The notes: a model not told the origin generated them from the letters alone. Shown: positions 1-9,647, numbered from the stretch's first letter. The stretch is DNA of 32,000 nucleotides from Moraxella nasicaprae (GCF_025643275.1 NZ_CP089977.1:1020001-1052000); one strand, 5' to 3'. A program made the numbers and translations.

Positions 1-864
1 GGATTTTTATAATTATCAAATGTTTTTTCATCACCAATTAAAAATACATTTTCTTTTATTTTTGCAAAAATCAAAACATATTCATGTTGGATATTTAATC
101 CCGTTTTAACATCATTGGCGGTTGATTTCGTTTTTCTAATCAACTCTCCAATAAAATTATTACGCCCAAAAATTTCGTCCATTAAAACTTTTAAATAAGC
201 ATGCTCATTTTCATCAATTGAAACAAAAATCACCCCATCATCAGCCAATAATTCTTTGGCGATTTCTAGGCGGTTTTTCATAAAAACCAGCCACGATGAA
301 TGGTTAAAATTATCATTATATTTAAAACTGTCATTACTGGTATTATAAGGCGGGTCTATATAAATCAGTTTGATTTTTCCACTTAATCGAGATTTAAGCG
401 AATGCAAGGCAAGTAGATTATTGCCTTTGATGAGTAGATTTTGAGTTAGGTTATTATCATCATCAAAAAAATTGATTTGACTGACTTGACTTAGGTCTAA
501 ATCAGGCGATAATGGTTGGTTGGTTGGTTGGTTGGTTGGTTGGTTGGTTGGTTGGTTGGTTGGTTGGTTGGTTGGTTGGTTGGTTGCCAATATTGTGTGC
601 GTGATATTCAAAGCCTGTCAATACTTTTTGTTCAAAAAGTACATCGATGTCTTTGCCGTCCATTTCAAGGTGCAAAAAGCGTTCATTTCGTCCTGCATCT
701 TCCTTATTCATGCCTGCTTCTAATACGCAGTCTTTAAACGGAAAATTCAAAACCACATCATTTTGTGTTTGTACAAAGCCTATACGCTCTGGATTGGTGC
801 TATACAAACCAATTTTATTGCTATGCGTGGTGTAATGCCCTTTTTTCAATGAATTATCAGACAT
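1..864 (-). CDS. mod: Type III restriction-modification DNA methyltransferase (Mod). It is partial at the window edge and frameshifted at an internal tetranucleotide repeat, so it is phase-OFF as sequenced.
   Basis: ATG at 864..862 lies 7 nt after a GGAG (876..873). The N-terminal frame reads [11 protein letters not shown]...[11 protein letters not shown]...HNIG(NQPT)x6 IIA, then stop TGA at 504..502. A second frame (codon first bases 512, 509 ... 5) is open from the repeat to base 1. It reads LSPDLDLSQ...[78 protein letters not shown]. This contains the DPPY motif IV of N6-adenine methyltransferases, as in Type III Mod proteins. Confidence 0.85.
515..586 (-). repeat. Simple sequence repeat: 18 perfect 5'-CAAC-3' units on the coding strand (GGTT/GTTG on the plus strand), inside the mod reading frame.
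   Basis: Counted directly. GTTG units run from 515..518 through 583..586 (72 nt) without interruption. They translate as NQPT x6. Confidence 0.98.
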
Positions 865-883
865 ATTATATACTCCTGTTTTT

Positions 884-922
884 GTAAAAATCAAAACAGA
901 CCAATAAGCATTGATCTGTTTT
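884..922 (-). terminator. Putative intrinsic terminator after argH, directly abutting the mod RBS.
   Basis: The minus strand reads AAAACAGA-TCAATGCTTATTGG-TCTGTTTT (8-bp stem, 922..915 and 900..893), followed by GATTTTT. Confidence 0.5.
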
Positions 923-935
923 ATCAATCTTAAAA

Positions 936-2318
936 TCAAGCAATCCGCTCTCGCCCTTTGGCAATCGCCAATTTTACCGCCTGTGGGGCTGTACCGCCAA
1001 GATGGTTACGAGCGTTTAATGAACCTTCAAGGGTCAAACACTCAAACACATCATCGCCAATCAAATCACTAAATTGCCTTAATTCATCAAGCGACAATTC
1101 TGCCAAATCCACGCTTTTTGCCACGCCAAGCCCCACAGCTTTACCCACGACTTCGTGAGCGTCCCGAAACGGCAAGCCTTTTTTAACCAAATAATCCGCC
1201 AAATCGGTGGCGGTGGCATAGCCTTTTAAGGTCGCTTGTCGCATATTTTCGGAGTTTGGCACAAGGTTTGGGAGCATATCGGCAAACGCCAAAAGCGAAC
1301 CTGTCAAAGTATCCACAATGTCAAACAAAGGCTCTTTGTCTTCTTGATTGTCTTTATTATATGCCAACGGCTGATTTTTCATCAAAGTCAAAAGCGTGGT
1401 CAAATCGCCAAATACTCGTGCCGCCTTGCCTCGTACCAGCTCTGGCACATCAGGATTTTTCTTTTGGGGCATAATAGATGAGCCTGTACAAAAGCGGTCA
1501 GGCACTTGTACAAAGTTAAATTGAGCCGACATCCACAAAATAATCTCTTCGCTCATTCTGGATAAATGCATCATCAAAATGCTGGCGGAGCTTGCAAATT
1601 CAATGGCAAAATCACGGTCAGAAACTGCGTCCAGCGAGTTTTGGCAAATGCCTTCAAAACCCAAAAGACGAGCGGTCATCGTACGGTCAATCGGATAAGT
1701 CGTGCCAGCAAGGGCGGCACTGCCTAGTGGCATTTGGTTAATTCTTTTACGAGTGTCCGTCAATCTTTCACTATCACGCACCAGCATTTCAAACCACGCC
1801 ATCAAATGATGGGCAAAGCTAATCGGCTGGGCGGTCTGTAAATGGGTAAAGCCTGGCATAATGGTATCGGTGTGCTTGTCGGCAAGGTCAAGCAGTCCGC
1901 TTTGCAGGCGTTTGAGTAGTGCCAAAATGTTGTCGGTCTCATCTCTTAGCCATAGGCGAATGTCGGTCGCCACTTGGTCGTTGCGACTTCTGCCCGTGTG
2001 CAGTTTTTTGCCAACATCGCCAACAATGGCGGTCAGACGGCTTTCAATGTTCATATGCACATCTTCAAGCTCCACACGCCAGACAAATTGACCGCTTTCT
2101 ATTTCATCTTTGACTTGATTTAGACCGTCTATAATCGCTCTACTTTCGTCTTTTGTGATAATGCCACACTCGCCAAGCATGGTGGCGTGGGCGATGGAGC
2201 CTTGTATGTCGTGGGCGTACAGGCGTTTATCAAAATTGACCGAGGCGGTAAATTCGGCAACAAATTTGTCGGTGGCCTCAGAAAAGCGTCCGCCCCACAT
2301 GGAGGAAGTTTGGGTCAT
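936..2318 (-). CDS. argH: Argininosuccinate lyase.
   Basis: WGGRFSE near the N-terminus and the lyase signature [12 protein letters not shown]. The length is typical. I chose the ATG at 2318 because GGAG (2329..2326) lies 7 nt upstream; the alternative ATG at 2324 is too close to it. Confidence 0.95.
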   Translation of the reverse strand: MTQTSSMWGGRFSEATDKFVAEFTASVNFDKRLYAHDIQGSIAHATMLGECGIITKDESRAIIDGLNQVKDEIESGQFVWRVELEDVHMNIESRLTAIVGDVGKKLHTGRSRNDQVATDIRLWLRDETDNILALLKRLQSGLLDLADKHTDTIMPGFTHLQTAQPISFAHHLMAWFEMLVRDSERLTDTRKRINQMPLGSAALAGTTYPIDRTMTARLLGFEGICQNSLDAVSDRDFAIEFASSASILMMHLSRMSEEIILWMSAQFNFVQVPDRFCTGSSIMPQKKNPDVPELVRGKAARVFGDLTTLLTLMKNQPLAYNKDNQEDKEPLFDIVDTLTGSLLAFADMLPNLVPNSENMRQATLKGYATATDLADYLVKKGLPFRDAHEVVGKAVGLGVAKSVDLAELSLDELRQFSDLIGDDVFECLTLEGSLNARNHLGGTAPQAVKLAIAKGRERIA

Positions 2319-2462
2319 CGTCATACTCCAACAATGGTTAATTCTTACAAAAAGTATATCATAAAGGATTTTTTTGATGATAGTTTTTATCCTAAATATT
2401 TTTTCACTTGCAAGTTTGGCAAAAAGCCATTAGAGTAAGTCCATTTATGCCAATGATGACTC

Positions 2463-3182
2463 ATGCGTATTTTATGCCATTTATCGGATTATGATGCCCA
2501 ATTTGATGCATTGCCACCAGATTGGCAGGTGGTTTTTTTGCCCAGCCATCACCTTGATGATACCAATCTACTAGATGTCATCATGTGTCACCTTGCCCAA
2601 GACAGCACCATCGTCGCTGTCATGTTGCCAGCTGCTTGTGCCGTCATGCAACATCTTGATGCACTCAAATCGCACGCCATCATCTTGGTGCATGACGATG
2701 AATCTTTGGCAATGAAAGCATGGGAGCTTGGTGTGGACGACTATCTTGTCACGCCCATCACCACAGAAAAATTAGCCAATAGCTTAGCCAAAATCAGTCA
2801 GCCCACGCTGGCAACCTTAGCTTGGCACACCCAAAATCAGCCAACCAACCATCTCATCACCAACAACAAACACGGCACAAAACTCATTGATGTATCAAAC
2901 ATTTATTACATCATCGCTGATCACAAATACCTGACGGTTCATCATACCCAAGGCACGACACTGTTTGGTGGCACACTCAAATCGTTGGCTGATACCTACC
3001 CAACCTTATTACGCATTCATCGAAATACCCTCATTAATCCTGCTTATCTGCACGCCATTGACCAGCATTTGGGGCAAGTGATGGCGGTTGTGGCAGATGA
3101 TGCTCGCAAATTTTATCAACCCTTGCCAATTTCGAGGCGAGCCTTGCCAAGCGTTCGCAAATGGCTACGCAAGGCGTTTTGA
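2463..3182 (+). CDS. LytTR-family (AlgR-like) DNA-binding regulator with a degenerate receiver domain.
   Basis: The C-terminus has a LytTR-type segment: IDVSNIYYIIADHKYLTVHHTQGTTLFGGTLKSLADTYPTLLRIHRNTLINPAYL. The position between argH and hemCD matches the algR position in Pseudomonas and Acinetobacter. The N-terminal half lacks the canonical receiver residues (see findings). Confidence 0.8.
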   Translation: MRILCHLSDYDAQFDALPPDWQVVFLPSHHLDDTNLLDVIMCHLAQDSTIVAVMLPAACAVMQHLDALKSHAIILVHDDESLAMKAWELGVDDYLVTPITTEKLANSLAKISQPTLATLAWHTQNQPTNHLITNNKHGTKLIDVSNIYYIIADHKYLTVHHTQGTTLFGGTLKSLADTYPTLLRIHRNTLINPAYLHAIDQHLGQVMAVVADDARKFYQPLPISRRALPSVRKWLRKAF

Positions 3183-3247
3183 TTGGCTATTTTGTCAAGA
3201 AAGTTTTATAATGATGATGATTGATAGACCAAAAAATAGGAAATCTT

Positions 3248-4192
3248 ATGACCACGCCCAAGACATTAACCATCGCCACTCGTCAGTCTCCGCTGGCTCT
3301 GTGGCAAGCCAATTTTGTCAAAGATGAACTGCAAAAATTATACCCACAGATGGACATTCGCCTGTTGGAGTTGGTGACCAAAGGCGACAAAATCCTAGAC
3401 ACCCCTCTTGCCAAAATTGGCGGAAAAGGCTTATTTGTCAAAGAGTTAGAAACCGCCCTTTTAACAGGACAGGCAGACATTGCGGTGCATTCCTTAAAAG
3501 ATGTGCCAATGGTTTTGCCAGAGGGTCTCACCATTGGGGCATATCTTGACCGTCATAGCCCTTTTGATGCTTTTGTCAGTAACGATTTTGAGAGTTTAGA
3601 TGAATTGCCACAAGGGGCAAGAGTTGGCACTTCAAGCCTACGCCGTGAATGTCAGCTTAGAGCCTACCGCCCAGATTTGACCATCATCAGCTTGCGTGGT
3701 AATGTTGGCACTCGCCTATCCAAGCTTGATAATGGCGACTATGATGCCATTATCCTTGCCCAAAGTGGCTTGGAGCGATTGGGGCTACACGAACGCATTC
3801 GCCACAGCCTACCTGCTGATATTTGCCTGCCTGCGGTCGGTCAAGGAACGCTTGCCATCGAATGCCGAGACGATGAGATTAAAGCACTCATCAAACCTTT
3901 AAATCATGACACTTCCGCCCTAAAAGCCATCTGTGAACGGGCGATGAATCATGCCTTAGAGGGTGGCTGTCAGGTGCCGATTGCTGGATTTGCTACTTTG
4001 GTGGATAATCTTTTACACTTGGAGGGGCGAGTGGGTACGCCTGATGGCAACACCCTCCTAAAAGTGGTCAAACAAATAAGCATCACAGACAACGCCCATC
4101 ATGATGCCATCGAACTGGGTCAACAAGTCGCCACAGAACTCTTGGCACAAGGGGCGGACAAGATTTTGGCGACTGTTTATGCCAATGCCTAA
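3248..4192 (+). CDS. hemC: Porphobilinogen deaminase (hydroxymethylbilane synthase).
   Basis: [19 protein letters not shown] matches the HemC N-terminus. ATG at 3248 is preceded by AGGAAA. The track start at 3221 is a TTG and is unlikely to be used. Confidence 0.95.
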   Translation: MTTPKTLTIATRQSPLALWQANFVKDELQKLYPQMDIRLLELVTKGDKILDTPLAKIGGKGLFVKELETALLTGQADIAVHSLKDVPMVLPEGLTIGAYLDRHSPFDAFVSNDFESLDELPQGARVGTSSLRRECQLRAYRPDLTIISLRGNVGTRLSKLDNGDYDAIILAQSGLERLGLHERIRHSLPADICLPAVGQGTLAIECRDDEIKALIKPLNHDTSALKAICERAMNHALEGGCQVPIAGFATLVDNLLHLEGRVGTPDGNTLLKVVKQISITDNAHHDAIELGQQVATELLAQGADKILATVYANA

Positions 4193-4925
4193 ACCCATCT
4201 TAATCAACACTCGCCCCAGTCATCGTGCTGGGGCAATCGGTCAGTTGTCTGACTTGTGTGTATTGGACTTACCCCTTTTGACCATTTGTGACCTACCCAT
4301 CGGTGCAGCTGAGCGACAGATGATGCTTGATTGGCAAGCTGGTCATTACCAACTGCTCATCATCACCAGCGTAGAGGCGGCACGAAGAGCATTACTATTT
4401 TTAAAAAACACAGACTTATCCACTCTGCCTGCCACACCCATCATCGCTGTTGGCGATGCTACCGCTGATGTGCTGACACAAGCAGGTCTGACAGCGACCA
4501 CACCAGCCATCGCCAACAATGAAGGCATGCTGGCAATGCCTGTGGTACGCTCGCTACAAGCCAAAGACAAGGTGCTGATATGGCGTGGGATTGGTGGTCG
4601 TAGGCTAATGCATGATACTTTGGTCAAAAAAGGTGTCATGGTCGATGCGTGCGAGTGGTACAAAAGAGACAGACCCGATGATTTGACCGCAAATTTTGCC
4701 AAACTACAACCCAAACTTGATGGCACGCCTTTTGTTCTCATCAGTAGCCAAATGGCACTAGAACACTGGCAAACCCTACCGCACACACACGATTATCACT
4801 ATTTGGCATTGGGCGACCGACTGACCAAGCTTACCAAACAAGTCTATCCAACCAGCCTTGTTAGCTGCATTGCCAACCTTGACCCCAAGACGATTGCATC
4901 AAGCATTACCAAGATGACAGCCTAG
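4179..4925 (+). CDS. hemD: Uroporphyrinogen-III synthase.
   Basis: It follows and overlaps the hemC stop (ATG 4179, hemC TAA 4190..4192). The protein begins [13 protein letters not shown], and its size and hemC-hemD synteny fit. The start could instead be 4185. Confidence 0.8.
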   Translation: MPMPKPILINTRPSHRAGAIGQLSDLCVLDLPLLTICDLPIGAAERQMMLDWQAGHYQLLIITSVEAARRALLFLKNTDLSTLPATPIIAVGDATADVLTQAGLTATTPAIANNEGMLAMPVVRSLQAKDKVLIWRGIGGRRLMHDTLVKKGVMVDACEWYKRDRPDDLTANFAKLQPKLDGTPFVLISSQMALEHWQTLPHTHDYHYLALGDRLTKLTKQVYPTSLVSCIANLDPKTIASSITKMTA

Positions 4926-5032
4926 CCAATCTTATCATGGTGCAGTATCTTTGCATCTTTTTATCCTTTGTCACGCCCAAATCACCCAAAAAACCGCCCA
5001 ATTTGACAAAAATATCAAAAACTTTTGTTTTT

Positions 5033-5063
5033 TGTCTTGAAAATTACCGCCTTAACCTTTATC
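5033..5063 (+). promoter_or_regulatory. Possible sigma-32-type heat-shock promoter upstream of grpE.
   Basis: CTTGAAA at 5036..5042 matches the sigma-32 -35 core. The downstream -10 (CCTTTATC around 5056) is a poor match to CCCCATnT. Confidence 0.3.
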
Positions 5064-5104
5064 AAGTTGGGGAATTTAATTGTTAAACATTGGGGCAACG
5101 AAAA

Positions 5105-5617
5105 ATGACGACCGAACCAACCACCGAAGAAATCATCGAGCAGACGACCGAGCAGGACGAAACCAGCCAATTACAAGAGCAGCTCATTGCCTTGCAAGAA
5201 GAAGTCAAAGCAGCCAAAGAAGCTGCCGCTCGTGCCAATGCCGAAAGCTATAACGCTCAGCGTCGCATGGAACAAGAAACCGACAAAGCCAAAAAATACA
5301 CCCTACAAAAGTTCGCCAAAGACTTGCTTGATGTGGTGGATAACTTGGAGCGAGGCTTGGAGGCTTCTGAAAAAGCAGGAGCGGACGAGAGTGTGTTGGA
5401 GGGCTTGCGTTTGACTCACAAATCATTGCTCAGCGTCCTTGAAAAGCATGGCGTGAGCGTCATCAACCCAGCAGGCGATAAGTTTGACCCAGAAAAACAC
5501 GAAGCGGTCGGCATCGCACCTGATGTGGAAAAAGATGTGGTTGGCACAGTATTGCAAAAAGGCTATGCCCTTAATGACCGCACGCTACGCCCTGCCATCG
5601 TGATGGTGGGTGGCTAA
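5105..5617 (+). CDS. grpE: Nucleotide exchange factor GrpE.
   Basis: An acidic coiled-coil N-terminus, then KFAKDLLDVVDNLERGL ... FDPEKHEAV ... VLQKGYALNDRTLRPAIV, directly upstream of dnaK. The start is ATG 5105. Confidence 0.9.
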   Translation: MTTEPTTEEIIEQTTEQDETSQLQEQLIALQEEVKAAKEAAARANAESYNAQRRMEQETDKAKKYTLQKFAKDLLDVVDNLERGLEASEKAGADESVLEGLRLTHKSLLSVLEKHGVSVINPAGDKFDPEKHEAVGIAPDVEKDVVGTVLQKGYALNDRTLRPAIVMVGG

Positions 5618-5690
5618 GGATTTTATCAATAATTTCAATGGGTTAAAGACAAATAATTTTTTAAAAATATAAAAAATTTTTGATAATCTG

Positions 5691-5720
5691 CCCTTGAAAA
5701 GCAAATTTGCAACCAAATAT
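5691..5720 (+). promoter_or_regulatory. Sigma-32-type heat-shock promoter upstream of dnaK.
   Basis: TCTGCCCTTGAAAA (CCCTTGAA at 5691..5698) matches the extended sigma-32 -35. After a 14-nt spacer comes CCAAATAT (5713..5720), against a consensus of CCCCATnT. Confidence 0.5.
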
Positions 5721-5791
5721 AGCACTCAAAGTCCAAGCGAATGTATGACTTGGAAAGCTGAACAAAATTTTAAAATAATCGGAGAAAAATT

Positions 5792-7699
5792 ATGGGTAAA
5801 GTTATCGGTATCGACTTAGGTACAACCAACTCTTGTGTGGCAGTGCTTGAAGGCGACAAAGTTAAAGTCATCGAAAATGCAGAAGGTGCTCGCACCACGC
5901 CATCAATCGTTGCCTTTAAAGATGGTGAAACGCTGGTTGGTCAATCAGCCAAACGCCAAGCCGTCACCAATCCAAAAAACACCCTATTTGCGGTCAAACG
6001 CCTGATTGGTCGTCGCTATGATGATAAAGTCGTTCAAAAAGACATTTCACTTGTGCCTTTTAAAATCGTCAAAGCTGACAATGGTGACGCATGGGTAGAA
6101 GTCAACGACAAAAAACAAGCACCGCCTCAAATCTCGGCAGAAGTTTTGAAAAAAATGAAAAAAACCGCCGAAGACTATCTGGGCGAGACCGTAACCGAAG
6201 CAGTTGTGACTGTTCCTGCTTATTTTAACGATGCTCAGCGTCAAGCCACCAAAGATGCAGGTAAGATTGCAGGTCTTGATGTCAAACGCATCATCAACGA
6301 GCCAACCGCTGCTGCCCTAGCCTATGGCGTGGACAAAAAAGGCGGCGACCGCACCGTAGCAGTTTATGACTTAGGTGGTGGTACTTTTGATGTCTCTATC
6401 ATTGAGATTGCTGATGTGGACGGCGAACAACAGTTTGAAGTGCTGGCAACCAATGGCGATACGCACTTGGGCGGTGAAGACTTTGACCTTGCGTTGATTG
6501 ACTTCTTGGTTGATGAGTTCAAAAAAGACACAGGCGTCAATCTAAAAGGCGACCCACTTGCCATGCAACGCCTTAAAGAAGCTGCCGAAAAAGCCAAAAT
6601 CGAACTGTCAGGCAGCCAATCTACTGAGGTAAACCTGCCATACATCACTGCTGATGCGTCAGGCCCTAAACACCTTGAAATCACCATCAGCCGTGCTAAG
6701 CTAGAAGGCTTGACCGAAGAGTTGGTATCTCGCACCATCGCACCGTGCAAAATCGCCCTAGAAGATGCAGGTCTATCAGCGTCTGAGATTGACGATGTCA
6801 TCTTGGTTGGTGGTCAAACTCGTATGCCACTTGTCCAACAAAAAGTGCAAGAATTTTTTGGCAAAGAGCCTCGCAAAGACGTGAACCCTGACGAAGCAGT
6901 AGCGATGGGTGCTGCCATTCAAGGTGCGGTACTTTCTGGCGACAAAAACGATGTACTATTGCTTGATGTAACACCACTAACCCTAGGTATCGAGACCATG
7001 GGTGGCGTGATGACTGCCATTATCGAAAAGAACACCATGATTCCTACCAAAAAATCACAAGTGTTCTCAACCGCTGCCGACAACCAGCCTGCGGTCAGCA
7101 TTCAGGTGTATCAAGGCGAGCGTAAGATTGCCAATCAAAACAAACTGCTTGGCAACTTTGACCTAACCGACATTCCGCCAGCACCTCGTGGCGTGCCACA
7201 GATTGAGGTTACCTTTGACATCAACGCAGATGGCATCATGAACATCTCTGCTAAGGATAAAGGAACTGGCAAATCACAGTCTATCCAAATCAAAGCAGAC
7301 TCTGGTCTGTCTGATGAAGACATCGAAAGAATGATTCGTGAAGCCGAAGAAAATGCCGAAGCAGATAAGAAATTTGCTGAGCTTGCAGGTGCTCGTAACG
7401 AAGCAGATGGTCGAATCGCTGGCGTTCAAAAAGCCCTAAAAGATGCCGCTGACAAAGTCACTGATGAAGAAAAAGCCTCAGTAGAAGCTGCCATCAGCGA
7501 ACTAGAAGCAGCCACCAAAGAAGATGATGTTGATGCCATCAAAGCAAAACTTGAAGCATTGGACAACGCTTTCTTGCCAATCGGTCAAAAAATCTATGCT
7601 GACACTGGCAATGCTGGTGCAACAGAGCAGCCGACTGCCAACCAAGCTGCCGATGATGGCGTGGTCGATGCTGAGTTTACCGAAGTCAAAGATAAATAA
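5792..7699 (+). CDS. dnaK: Molecular chaperone DnaK (Hsp70).
   Basis: [25 protein letters not shown] and [11 protein letters not shown] signatures in a 635-aa protein. GGAGAAAAATT precedes the ATG. Confidence 0.98.
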   Translation: MGKVIGIDLGTTNSCVAVLEGDKVKVIENAEGARTTPSIVAFKDGETLVGQSAKRQAVTNPKNTLFAVKRLIGRRYDDKVVQKDISLVPFKIVKADNGDAWVEVNDKKQAPPQISAEVLKKMKKTAEDYLGETVTEAVVTVPAYFNDAQRQATKDAGKIAGLDVKRIINEPTAAALAYGVDKKGGDRTVAVYDLGGGTFDVSIIEIADVDGEQQFEVLATNGDTHLGGEDFDLALIDFLVDEFKKDTGVNLKGDPLAMQRLKEAAEKAKIELSGSQSTEVNLPYITADASGPKHLEITISRAKLEGLTEELVSRTIAPCKIALEDAGLSASEIDDVILVGGQTRMPLVQQKVQEFFGKEPRKDVNPDEAVAMGAAIQGAVLSGDKNDVLLLDVTPLTLGIETMGGVMTAIIEKNTMIPTKKSQVFSTAADNQPAVSIQVYQGERKIANQNKLLGNFDLTDIPPAPRGVPQIEVTFDINADGIMNISAKDKGTGKSQSIQIKADSGLSDEDIERMIREAEENAEADKKFAELAGARNEADGRIAGVQKALKDAADKVTDEEKASVEAAISELEAATKEDDVDAIKAKLEALDNAFLPIGQKIYADTGNAGATEQPTANQAADDGVVDAEFTEVKDK

Positions 7700-7728
7700 T
7701 CTTTTGACATCGTCTTAAAAAAATAAAT

Positions 7729-7761
7729 GCACCGTCCAACATAATTTGGGCGGTGTTTTTG
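7729..7761 (+). terminator. Intrinsic terminator after dnaK.
   Basis: CACCGTCC (7730..7737) pairs with GGGCGGTG (7748..7755) with one G:T wobble, followed by TTTTT. Confidence 0.6.
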
Positions 7762-7825
7762 ATGATACCAAGCAAACTTTGTATCAAGCATAAACAAACT
7801 TAATACAAAATACTGATGCTGTATT

Positions 7826-7834
7826 TGCTATAAT
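7826..7834 (+). promoter_or_regulatory. Extended -10 promoter element (TGcTATAAT) upstream of nqrM.
   Basis: TGC TATAAT at 7826..7834, about 50 nt upstream of the ATG at 7886. Confidence 0.35.
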
Positions 7835-7885
7835 GTGTCCAATATTTAAACAACAAACCAACGATAGCAACGAATAAGAGAGCCA

Positions 7886-8143
7886 ATGATGAGCGATATT
7901 CTTAGCCAATTCCTACCAATCCTTGCGGTAACTTTTGGGGTGTTTTTGCTGTTCTTTTTATTCATGGGCGTGGGTTATCTGGTCAAAAAACAACCACTCA
8001 AAGGTTCATGCGGTGGTGTTGCCAATCTGATGGGCGATGAATATTGCCAATTTTGTGGCAATGACCCAAATAAGTGCGAAAGTCAAGCCAAACTTAGCCC
8101 AGAAATTCAGCACAAGGCTCAAGCCATCTCAAAATCCGCCTAA
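7886..8143 (+). CDS. nqrM: NqrM-like (DUF539) Na+-NQR maturation protein: a small single-pass membrane protein with a 4-Cys motif.
   Basis: 85 aa. It has an N-terminal TM helix (FLPILAVTFGVFLLFFLFMGVGYLV), then KKQPLKGSCGG...YCQFCGNDPNKC. This matches the NqrM family pattern as I recall it. Confidence 0.6.
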   Translation: MMSDILSQFLPILAVTFGVFLLFFLFMGVGYLVKKQPLKGSCGGVANLMGDEYCQFCGNDPNKCESQAKLSPEIQHKAQAISKSA

Positions 8144-8148
8144 CACAA

Positions 8149-8186
8149 ACAGCCACAACTTTTTTTGTTGTGGCTGTTTTATTTTT
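8149..8186 (+). terminator. Intrinsic terminator after nqrM.
   Basis: ACAGCCACAAC-TTTTTT-GTTGTGGCTGT forms an 11-bp perfect stem, followed by TTTATTTTT. Confidence 0.75.
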
Positions 8187-8366
8187 GGTACATCTTGCAC
8201 AAGATTTGGCATACTCACTTTGAATACCACTATTTTATGACAAGCTACCAACAAACCAAAAAATAAAATTCAGCGTTTTGCCTTAAAATAGCTTTTTATT
8301 TTTATGATTCATATAAAAACCCTTATCTGATGTGCTAAATTTTATCAATTTTATCCATCACTGAAC

Positions 8367-8389
8367 GCTTTTTGATATAATCAAAAAGC
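8367..8389. promoter_or_regulatory. Perfect 10-bp inverted repeat spanning a TATAAT box. It is a candidate operator and -10 element upstream of the MFS transporter gene.
   Basis: GCTTTTTGAT-ATA-ATCAAAAAGC at 8367..8389. TATAAT lies at 8375..8380, 24 nt before the ATG at 8413. Confidence 0.3.
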
Positions 8390-8412
8390 TTTTTTTACTC
8401 CTACCACTACCC

Positions 8413-9594
8413 ATGAAATCCAAGCCTGCTTCCAACACGCCTGCTCTTATTATTCTGCTCATTGGGCTAGTCTTGGCTGCGGTCAATATGCGTTCGCCTC
8501 TTGTGATGATTGGCTCAATCGCCAGCACCTTACAAGAACGACTGGGATTGACCGCCAGCGACATCGGCTATCTTGGTGCGTTGCCCATGCCTTTATTTGC
8601 AGTCGGCTCACTGTTTGCCCCAGTGCTTGCCAGACGCTTCGGCTTAGAAAAGATGATGATTGGCATGACATCACTGCTGGCAATCGGGGTGGCTACTCGG
8701 GTTTGGTTTGGCGTGATGGCGTTGTACATCGGCACACTGATTCTATCTTTTGCCATTGGCATGCTCAACGCCTTAACCGCCCCATTCATCAAACAATATG
8801 CACCCAATAACATCGCACTTGCCACAGCAATATTTAGCCTTAGTATGTCCACCATGGCAGGTATTGGTGCATGGGTGGTACTGCCCATCGCTACAAGCAC
8901 CTCATGGCAGATGGCGATGAGTTTTTGGGGAATATTTGGATTGGCAGCGGCACTGGTGTGGCTTTATGTGTATCGCACCCATCACAGTCCTCGCCAAAGT
9001 TCACTCATCACCAATCATCAAAAATTTAATGCATGGCGGTCGGCAGCAGCTTGGCAAATGGCGGTATTGCTAGGCTTGCAGTCATTTTTATTTTATGCGG
9101 TGGCAAGTTTTTTACCGTCCATCGCCACTTGGTCAGGATTATCCACCAGCGACGCCAATTTTTCGGCATTTTTATTTCAAATCATGGCACCCTTAGCGAT
9201 TTTATCCCTAACCATTCTCATCAAACAAGGCTGCCCTACTCGTCTGATTGGTGTGACAGGGTGTGTATTTAATGCTTTGGGAATATTTGGCATCATCTAT
9301 CTGCCCACTTATTTGCCCTATTGGGCAGCGATGATGGGTTTTGGTTGTGCGATGGTATTTACGCTTAGTCTGATGATGTTTTCGTTTCGCACGCAAAATA
9401 CCGACCACGCCCGAGATTTGTCAGGCATGGTGCAGGCGGTAGGGTATTCATTGGCGGTATTTGGACCGCTTGGAGTGGGGCTGTTGTTTGAATATACAGG
9501 CGACTGGCAAGTAGCGTTGTGGCTACTTGCAGCATTGATGCTCATCAATCTGCCATTTGGCTATTTGGCAACTTCTGATAGGCAGATTGATTGA
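8413..9594 (+). CDS. MFS transporter, CynX/NimT-like (cyanate-transporter family).
   Basis: 393 aa and highly hydrophobic, with about 12 predicted TM segments. The N-terminus LLIGLVLAAVNMRSPLVMIGSIASTLQERLGLTASDIGYLGALPMPLFAVGSLFAPVLARRFG resembles the CynX family. Confidence 0.8.
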   Translation: MKSKPASNTPALIILLIGLVLAAVNMRSPLVMIGSIASTLQERLGLTASDIGYLGALPMPLFAVGSLFAPVLARRFGLEKMMIGMTSLLAIGVATRVWFGVMALYIGTLILSFAIGMLNALTAPFIKQYAPNNIALATAIFSLSMSTMAGIGAWVVLPIATSTSWQMAMSFWGIFGLAAALVWLYVYRTHHSPRQSSLITNHQKFNAWRSAAAWQMAVLLGLQSFLFYAVASFLPSIATWSGLSTSDANFSAFLFQIMAPLAILSLTILIKQGCPTRLIGVTGCVFNALGIFGIIYLPTYLPYWAAMMGFGCAMVFTLSLMMFSFRTQNTDHARDLSGMVQAVGYSLAVFGPLGVGLLFEYTGDWQVALWLLAALMLINLPFGYLATSDRQID

Positions 9595-9647
9595 TTTGAA
9601 GATGAATAAACTGCCAACCACCAACCGACCGTCACGGCAGGATTGTT

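Noticed and set aside
516-737. Plus-strand ORFs beginning [12 protein letters not shown] (516..737 and 520..723).
   Set aside because: They are the complement of the CAAC repeat read in other frames. They have no RBS and are embedded antisense in the mod gene.
865-884. A TATAAT immediately upstream of the mod ATG (TTGATT, N18, TATAAT, ATG), considered as the mod promoter.
   Set aside because: The -10 ends 1 nt before the ATG. Transcripts would therefore start inside the coding sequence and miss the RBS and start codon, so the geometry is implausible.
6364-6801. Long antisense ORFs inside conserved genes: dnaK (6364..6801), hemD (4346..4786), guaA (25779..26246) and gyrB (28987..29562).
   Set aside because: They have no RBS and show low-complexity Ser/Ala/Pro-rich translations. 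Each lies fully inside a strongly conserved gene on the opposite strand. This is a typical compositional artefact.
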